Source: Dehalococcoidia bacterium (GTDB taxonomy: Bacteria > Chloroflexota > Dehalococcoidia > Plut-88900). Taken from it: DNA of 64,000 nt. The position numbers were made by a program, and so were the translations under genes. The stretch spans positions 928,001 to 992,000 of the forward strand of contig OZ240219.1 in assembly GCA_965197645.1 (NCBI GenBank), written 5' to 3'. A model generated the notes under the pieces. The model ran no database searches and was not told where the DNA came from. It was given only the letters and a program-made list of their open reading frames with translations. Shown here piece after piece: positions 58,188 through 64,000 of this stretch; position 1 is the stretch's first letter, and each line of letters begins with the position of its first letter.

Positions 58188-58667
58188 ATGGATGCGCGGC
58201 TGAGCCACATAGATGAGCAGGGCCAGGCCAAGATGGTGGATGTCTCCTCCAAGCCCGATACGGAGCGGGTGGCGCTGGCAAAGGGTGTAGTGACGATGAA
58301 GCCATCGACGCTCCAGCTTATCGAAGAAGGGGGCATTTCCAAGGGAGACGTGCTCTCGGTAGCCAGGGTGGCTGGGATCATGGCGGCCAAGAACACCCCC
58401 TACCTGATACCCATGTGCCATCCCCTTCTCCTTACCGATATATCGGTGGAGTTCCATCCGGACCGGGAGAACAGCACCATCGAGATCTCCGCCACCGTCA
58501 AGACGACGGGCAAGACCGGCGTCGAGATGGAGGCCCTGACCGCCGTTACCGGAAGCGCTCTGACCATCTACGACATGTGCAAGGCCGTCGATCGGGGTAT
58601 GAAGGTCCAGAACGTGCGGCTCGTGCGGAAGAGCGGCGGCAAGAGTGGCGCCATCGAGCTGGAGTAA
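58188..58667 (+). CDS. moaC: Cyclic pyranopterin monophosphate synthase
   Basis: LSHID..G.AKMVDVS, KGDVL..A.VAGIMAAK, LIPMCHPL, TGVEMEAL, IYDMCKAVD, KSGGKSG; alternative ATGs at 58173 and 58182. Confidence 0.96.
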   Translation: MDARLSHIDEQGQAKMVDVSSKPDTERVALAKGVVTMKPSTLQLIEEGGISKGDVLSVARVAGIMAAKNTPYLIPMCHPLLLTDISVEFHPDRENSTIEISATVKTTGKTGVEMEALTAVTGSALTIYDMCKAVDRGMKVQNVRLVRKSGGKSGAIELE

Positions 58668-58958
58668 TCGATACCTCCAGTCCACCCCCTCCCCGGTCCC
58701 CTTGTGATCTTCTCCAAGTATCTTCTCGCGGCCTGGAGACAACGGTTAGGGGCGGCTTGTGAGAGAAACGGGCATCCAACCGACCATCCGCAAGACACGG
58801 CGCGATCTGCGCCCTCTTGCAATATGCAAGGCGTGAGAGACCACTATCTTTACGGCCGTGTCGGGGTTACTACTTTGACAGCGATGCTGGTATCCTTGGA
58901 TGGCTCATTAAGTACAACCAACCTGCATGAAACTGCACGCTAGCAGAGGTGAGACTCT

Positions 58959-60299
58959 ATGACCAGGTACCTTGGCAAGAGATGGCTGGCTATCATAGCC
59001 GTCGTGGCACTGGTGGGCTTAGCGTGTGGCGCCTCCGCCACGCCTACTCCTGAACCATCCACTCCCACGTCGACGCCTGAACCGACCCTGGAGCCGGCCA
59101 GTACCCCCGATCCAACGCCTACTCCTGAACCAACAGCCGCCCCGTCCCCCGATCCTACCGCCACGCCGGTTCCCGAGCCGGAAACCCCGAAGACGTACCA
59201 ATGGGAGTTCTTCGACATCGGCGAAGGGGCCAAGCCCGCCCTGGCGGTGAACAGCAAGGACGAGCCCGGCATTGTGTACATGCAGGAGAGCAAGAAGCAC
59301 GGATACGTCAAATACGCCGCGTGGAACGGCAACGGGTTCGACGTCTCCGACGTTGCCGACGGGTACTTCTACGGTCCGCCAGGTATGGACTTCGGCCTGG
59401 ACGACGAGCCCCACGTCACCTGGCACGATCACCAGGACCTGACCAGCTTCAGGCCGGACCTGGGGGACGCCGTCCAGGCAGTGCTGGTGGACGGCGAGTG
59501 GAAGCTCGAGCCGGTGTTCGACGTGGGCCACGATGGCTGGGACAACTCGATCAAAGTGGACGATCAGGGCAGGGTGCACATGACCGCTACGGACCCGGCC
59601 CAGTTCCGCAGCACCCAGGGGATCCAGTACTACCTGAAGGAGGACGGCGAATGGACGGTGGAGTCCATCGGCAGTGTGCCCCTCAACTACGAATGGGGCA
59701 ACTCGCTCCAGATAGACTCGAACGGAACGCCGCACGTCACCTATCACGATCACAACGACGCCGACCTGTACTACGCAACCAAGGCGGAGGAAGGTTGGCA
59801 GATCGAACTGGTTGATTTCCTGGGCGACGTGGGCAAGTTCTCGTCGATGCAGCTGACCAGCCAGGACAAACCCAGGGTCTCTTATCTGAAGCTGGACGGA
59901 CCCACCAGCGGCGACGCCTCCGGCACCGTCAGGTACGCCTGGTTCGAGCCTGCGCCCGAAGGCTGGCCCAGCTGGAACGTAGAGGACGTGGATACCCTGG
60001 ACAACATCTTCACCGGGTTTTTCGGCGCCCGCCTGATCACCTCCATCGCACTGGACGATGATGATAACCCGATAATCGTCTACTCGGACCAGAGCGTGAT
60101 CAAGCTGGCGTACCAGGTACAGTTCCAGTGGCATATCGAGACCATCGTGGAGGCCGGTGACCTGCCCTTCGGACAGCTGGTGGCCATGGAGAGAGGCTCG
60201 GACGGGACGATACACCTGAGCTATACGGAGATTACAGCAAGAGAGCCGCCGGGGATCACGGGGATGGTGAAGTATGCCCGGGGAACGCCTCTGAACTAG
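58959..60299 (+). CDS. Hypothetical lipoprotein, repeat-based beta-propeller-like
   Basis: Lipobox LVGLAC, Pro/Thr linker, repeats of S/I.x.D..G.PH[IV]xY..W.[IV]E. Confidence 0.75.
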   Translation: MTRYLGKRWLAIIAVVALVGLACGASATPTPEPSTPTSTPEPTLEPASTPDPTPTPEPTAAPSPDPTATPVPEPETPKTYQWEFFDIGEGAKPALAVNSKDEPGIVYMQESKKHGYVKYAAWNGNGFDVSDVADGYFYGPPGMDFGLDDEPHVTWHDHQDLTSFRPDLGDAVQAVLVDGEWKLEPVFDVGHDGWDNSIKVDDQGRVHMTATDPAQFRSTQGIQYYLKEDGEWTVESIGSVPLNYEWGNSLQIDSNGTPHVTYHDHNDADLYYATKAEEGWQIELVDFLGDVGKFSSMQLTSQDKPRVSYLKLDGPTSGDASGTVRYAWFEPAPEGWPSWNVEDVDTLDNIFTGFFGARLITSIALDDDDNPIIVYSDQSVIKLAYQVQFQWHIETIVEAGDLPFGQLVAMERGSDGTIHLSYTEITAREPPGITGMVKYARGTPLN

Positions 60300-60321
60300 T
60301 ACAGACTAGCCAGACCTGGAG

Positions 60322-60369
60322 AGGCCCGCCGTGTTGCGTTCTTCGAAACGCAGGCGGGCCTTTTCTTTC
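60322..60369 (+). terminator. Intrinsic terminator
   Basis: AGGCCCGCC..GGCGGGCCT followed by TTTCTTTCT. Confidence 0.75.
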
Positions 60370-60449
60370 TGGGGATTGCATCCGCATGCTCGCCTATTCC
60401 TGGGTTAGGTGCGCCAGGGGGACTCCGATAGGATGATGGCGCTAAGGCC

Positions 60450-61280
60450 CTATACGGTCACGTTATCTATAAGCCGGGTTTCGCCTATCCATACGGCCAG
60501 AGACACCAGGACCCGTCGGTCTATGGTGATCAGCTCGTCCAGTGTCTCGGAGTCGGCAACGCTCACATAGTCCAGCCTCGCCAGGGGTTCCGAGCCGATC
60601 AGGCCGGTGACGGCGTCCTTGACGGCCTGTACCCGGGTCTCGCCTTCGCCAATCATATCTCGAGCCTTGCTCAAGGACCGATAGAGTACGACGGCGGCCT
60701 TCCGCTCGTCGGGGCCCAGATAGACGTTGCGGCTGCTTATGGCCAGCCCGTCAGGCTCCCGCACCGTCGGCACCCCCACGATCTCCATGTCCATGTTCAG
60801 ATCGGCCACCATCTTCCTGATCACCCTGATCTGTTGAGCGTCTTTGTCGCCGAAGTAGGCCCGGTGAGGCTGCACGACGTTGAACAGCTTTGCCACAACG
60901 GTGGCTACACCGAGAAAATGCCGGGGCCTGGACTCCGCTTCGAGGCCCCGGGTGAGGGCGCCCACCTCGATCCAGGTATCGAAGGTCACCGGATACATCT
61001 GCTCCTCCGACGGCGCCAGTACCAGGTCGACCTCCTCCCTCTCAAGCATCTCCAGGTCTCGTTCCAGGTCTCGTGGATAGGTCTTCAGGTCCTCGGTAGG
61101 GCTGAACTGGGTGGGGTTGACGAAGATGGAGACCGCTACGCAATCGTTCCCAGCCCTGGCGTAACGCACCAGGGCGAGGTGACCTTCGTGGAGGTAGCCC
61201 ATGGTCGGCACCAGGCCAAGGGCGCCGGTTACCTTACTTCGGGAGCGACGAAATTGGGCTATGGTCTCGATGATTTCCAT
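60450..61280 (-). CDS. panC: Pantoate--beta-alanine ligase
   Basis: VPTMGYLHEGH, SIFVNPTQF, RPRHFLGV, FGDKDAQQ, DGLAISSRN, RLIDN; start MEIIET. Confidence 0.96.
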   Translation of the reverse strand: MEIIETIAQFRRSRSKVTGALGLVPTMGYLHEGHLALVRYARAGNDCVAVSIFVNPTQFSPTEDLKTYPRDLERDLEMLEREEVDLVLAPSEEQMYPVTFDTWIEVGALTRGLEAESRPRHFLGVATVVAKLFNVVQPHRAYFGDKDAQQIRVIRKMVADLNMDMEIVGVPTVREPDGLAISSRNVYLGPDERKAAVVLYRSLSKARDMIGEGETRVQAVKDAVTGLIGSEPLARLDYVSVADSETLDELITIDRRVLVSLAVWIGETRLIDNVTV

Positions 61281-61297
61281 AGGACGAGGGTGAGGTG

Positions 61298-62134
61298 TTA
61301 GGCGTACTGGGCTATTTCGGCGAGGACTTCCTCGTTCATGCGAAAGCTCTCCTTCTCGGTGGGGAAGGAGGCCGACCTCACCTCTCGCACGTACTGGGCC
61401 ACGGCCGCCGAGGTCAGGTCGCCGAGGCTGGCGTACCTCTTGGCATGCTTGGGGCTGAAGCCCGAGAACATGCCCAGCATGTCGTGGATCACCTGTACCT
61501 GTCCGTCGCATCCTACACCGGCTCCGATCCCAATGGTCGGCACCGAAAGCCTGTTAGTTATCAGCTCCGCCAATGACGCCGGCACCGATTCCAGCACGAT
61601 GGAGAACACCCCCGCATCTTCCAGGGCCTTGGCGTCCCTCAACAGCTGGGCGGCCTTCTCGGGGGTCTTGCCCTGGCACCGGTACCCACCCAGCTGGTTC
61701 ACCGATTGCGGGGTCAGCCCGATGTGGCCCATGACCGGTATCCCGTTATCGACGATGTGCTCGACGACGTCGGCGACCACCTCACCCCCCTCCAGCTTGA
61801 CGGTCTGAGCCCCACCTTCCTGCAATAGTCGAGCTGCGTTGTTCAGCGCTTCGGTCTTGCCTGTGCGATAGCTCATGAACGGCATGTCACCCACGATGAG
61901 GGAGCTCTTGGCGCCCCGGGCCACAGCCTTGATGTGGTGCAACATGTCCTCCATGGTTACGAACACGGTGGACTCGTAGCCCAGGACCACCATGCCCAGG
62001 CTGTCCCCCACCAGAATCATCGGCACGCCCAGTTCGTCCAGGGTCCTGGCTGTGCCGTAATCGTAGGCGGTGAGCATGGGAATCTTCTCGCCGGTGCGCT
62101 TCATCTTCATCACGTCGGCTACGGTTACTCTCAT
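61298..62134 (-). CDS. panB: 3-methyl-2-oxobutanoate hydroxymethyltransferase
   Basis: LTAYDY, LVGDSLGM, DMPFMSY, VKLEGG, GHIGLTPQ, IGIGAG..CDGQV. Confidence 0.97.
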   Translation of the reverse strand: MRVTVADVMKMKRTGEKIPMLTAYDYGTARTLDELGVPMILVGDSLGMVVLGYESTVFVTMEDMLHHIKAVARGAKSSLIVGDMPFMSYRTGKTEALNNAARLLQEGGAQTVKLEGGEVVADVVEHIVDNGIPVMGHIGLTPQSVNQLGGYRCQGKTPEKAAQLLRDAKALEDAGVFSIVLESVPASLAELITNRLSVPTIGIGAGVGCDGQVQVIHDMLGMFSGFSPKHAKRYASLGDLTSAAVAQYVREVRSASFPTEKESFRMNEEVLAEIAQYA

Positions 62135-62175
62135 CTGCTCCCTCCTCTAGCGCTGTACCCGTCCTGAAACATTCC

Positions 62176-63138
62176 TCACTGAAGCTCGTTTACCGAAGGT
62201 ATGCCAGCCAGCCCCGCCGCCCGGGTCACTCCTCTTACTATCGCTTCGCCGACCACCAACGCGGCCAACGAGCCGACCGCCGTGGTGTCTCGAAACGGCT
62301 CTCCTCGACCGGTGGACAGGGCAAAGACGATGTCTCCGTCGTACATGGTGTGGGAGGGCCGCACCGCTCTAGCCATCCCATCGTGGGCCATCTGCGCAAC
62401 CTTGTTGGCCTGCTCCTTGTTTAGCGGGGCATCGGTAGCTACGATGGCGAGGGTCGTGTTTTGAGCGAAGGTGGCGGCCTGTTGCACTCCACCCGTCGCG
62501 GCCTCCACAGAATCGAGATAGCGGCCGTCCTCACTTCGCGGGCCTGCCACCAATTGCCCGGTCTCCGGGTCTACGACCGAGCCCCAGGCATTGACCGCCG
62601 CCAATGCTCCTACCACGTGTCCTTCGCCCAGCCGGCGGCTCGCCGAGCCCACCCCACCCTTGACCGCTCGCTGCATACCCAACGCCTTGCCGACCGTCGC
62701 CCCGGTCCCCGCTCCTACGCTGCCCTCCTCGACGGCGGAATCGGTCGCTTGGACACAGGCCTGGTGGCCCTCGCTGGGGCCGGGTCTAACGTCGGGCCTG
62801 CCCAGACCCAAGTCGAACAGGATGGCTGCCGGCACTATCGGCACAACGCCCACCTGCACGTCGAAACCGACGTTCCGTTCCTCCAGGTATCTCATGACCC
62901 CACCGGCCGCATCCAGTCCATAGGCGCTTCCACCGCTCAGCAACACCCCGTGGACCCTCTCCACCAGGTTTCCTGTCTTGAGGAGGTCCGTCTCCCGGGT
63001 CCCGGGCGCCGAGCCGCGCACATCCACCCCTCCAACGGCGCCTCCTTCGCACAGCAGGACGGTGCAACCGGTTACACCTTCAGTATCGGTGTAGTGGCCC
63101 ACCTTTATGCCCGGTACGTCGGTGATGCAGCCGTTCAC
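62176..63138 (-). CDS. DmpA/ThnT-type (peptidase P1/S58) self-cleaving hydrolase
   Basis: GTG start after GGAGG; ITDVPGIKVGH, VRGSAPGTRETD, LSGGSAYGL, EGSVGAGTGA, KGGVG, QNTTLAIVATDA, HTMYDGD. Confidence 0.9.
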   Translation of the reverse strand: MNGCITDVPGIKVGHYTDTEGVTGCTVLLCEGGAVGGVDVRGSAPGTRETDLLKTGNLVERVHGVLLSGGSAYGLDAAGGVMRYLEERNVGFDVQVGVVPIVPAAILFDLGLGRPDVRPGPSEGHQACVQATDSAVEEGSVGAGTGATVGKALGMQRAVKGGVGSASRRLGEGHVVGALAAVNAWGSVVDPETGQLVAGPRSEDGRYLDSVEAATGGVQQAATFAQNTTLAIVATDAPLNKEQANKVAQMAHDGMARAVRPSHTMYDGDIVFALSTGRGEPFRDTTAVGSLAALVVGEAIVRGVTRAAGLAGIPSVNELQ

Positions 63139-63140
63139 GA

Positions 63141-63280
63141 CAAAAATAAAGCCTCCGCAGCCCGACCGCGAAGGCTTGAGACTCGATCTATGTTGCGTCC
63201 GGGTCATCGGAGGATCCCGGCGCTCTGACGACTATTAGTGACTAGACGGCTCACCGCCGCTCGCGGTCGATGGCGCATCT
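63141..63280 (-). promoter_or_regulatory. pan-motif-like leader RNA with terminator and antiterminator
   Basis: Minus strand: hairpin GCG-CCGGG-ATC-CTCC-GAT-GA-CCCGG-A-CGC; terminator AAGCCTTCGCGGTCGGGCTGCGGAGGCTT-TATTTTT; TTGCAA-17-TATCGT promoter; upstream of the panBC operon. Confidence 0.72.
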
Positions 63281-63395
63281 CAACGATATAGCAGCCCATG
63301 GTATTTTGCAAGGGCATGTATGCCGAACGTCTTGTACCCCGGTCTTTCCTTACTTATAATTTCAGAGCGTAGTTGCCTTCGGAGACGACGACACC

Positions 63396-63785
63396 ATGGC
63401 GAGCCAACCACTGACCCCGAACGAGATAAAGGACCGGGCCGACGAGGCGATTCAGGAGAACGTGGACCGGTTGCGAGAGCTGCTGGTCGCCGCCGCCGGT
63501 CAGCTGGACCCTTTCCCCCAGTTCTTCGGCAGCGTGGACGTGCAGGCCGTGGAGGTAGATCCACCCACCGGCTCGGGGCCCGACCGGGGATGCGTAGTCA
63601 TCTGCCCCGACGGAGAGCTCTACGAGCTAACGGTCAACTTTGGCGCCCATCCCCTTGCGGGTATCGGTGGGTTGGAAAGGGAGGAGAAGGTCAAGAAGCT
63701 GGACCTGCCTCCCGTCGAGTACATAGCTTACGCCCACAATGCCGTCTCCGAGCTCACCAAGCTCCTCTCCCGCCTGCACCGCTAG
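63396..63785 (+). CDS. Hypothetical protein
   Basis: GGAG RBS, coding-like codon usage, 129 aa with LDPFP.F and RGCVVICPDGELYEL; no family recognised. Confidence 0.7.
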   Translation: MASQPLTPNEIKDRADEAIQENVDRLRELLVAAAGQLDPFPQFFGSVDVQAVEVDPPTGSGPDRGCVVICPDGELYELTVNFGAHPLAGIGGLEREEKVKKLDLPPVEYIAYAHNAVSELTKLLSRLHR

Positions 63786-63789
63786 TCAG

Positions 63790-63952
63790 TCGCCCCTTCG
63801 GTTGGTTCAGGGCAGGCTCTCAGGCTCCTGGCAAAGAGGATTCCTCGATGGACTGGTAATGCCCTGACTAGGGGGCAGCCTCAGACTCTCTGCCTCGCCA
63901 GCTGGCAGGTCGGACAGGCAGGCCGGGGGGTCTGGGGGATGTTCCCCCTGGC
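63790..63952. repeat. Fragments of the GC-rich repeat modules
   Basis: CCCTTCGGTTGGTTCAGGGCAGGCTCTCAGGCTCC (compare 55900-55935) and GGGGGGTCTGGGGGATGTTCCCC (reverse complement of the family A core). Confidence 0.5.
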
Positions 63953-64000
63953 GGCATCTCGTGGCTGCCTATGCTAAACTGGACTGAACCCTCAAATCTT

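Noticed and set aside
59030-59190. Near-tandem repeats such as ACGCCTACTCCTGAACCA, considered as a CRISPR or repeat array
   Set aside because: They encode the Pro/Thr/Glu linker of a lipoprotein; no unique spacers and no cas genes
1-64000. tRNA, rRNA, tmRNA, SRP or RNase P genes
   Set aside because: No convincing signature seen by eye in the intergenic regions; a covariance-model scan would be needed to exclude them

Overview
A GC-rich bacterial chromosome segment, most likely Chloroflexota/Dehalococcoidia (SAR202-like). The taxon is inferred from gene content: family III CoA-transferase pair, Ltp2-like thiolase-fold protein plus DUF35, archaeal-type FBP aldolase/phosphatase, T-box, PyrR and pan leaders. 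Most of the window is housekeeping: nadE, recA-recX, ilvBNC-leuA-leuB-cimA under a Leu T-box, pyrR-pyrB-carA-carB-pyrK under a PyrR leader, pyrF, panBC, acsA, hflKC, tupABC, moaC and rdgB. Points the ORF track misses or that look unusual: (i) selD is a selenoprotein gene with an in-frame TGA and a SECIS-like hairpin, followed by a JAMM protease gene; (ii) PyrB carries a PyrI-type Zn finger and a Cys-less Ada-like domain; (iii) a pan-motif-like attenuator drives a ThnT/DmpA-type hydrolase as first gene of panBC; (iv) an archease-rtcB operon continues into two paralogous alpha/beta hydrolases; (v) three toxin-antitoxin pairs plus a Fic gene; (vi) two families of short MITE-like intergenic repeats. 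No rRNA, tRNA, CRISPR array, transposase or integrase was recognised. All family assignments come from motif recognition by eye, not from database searches.
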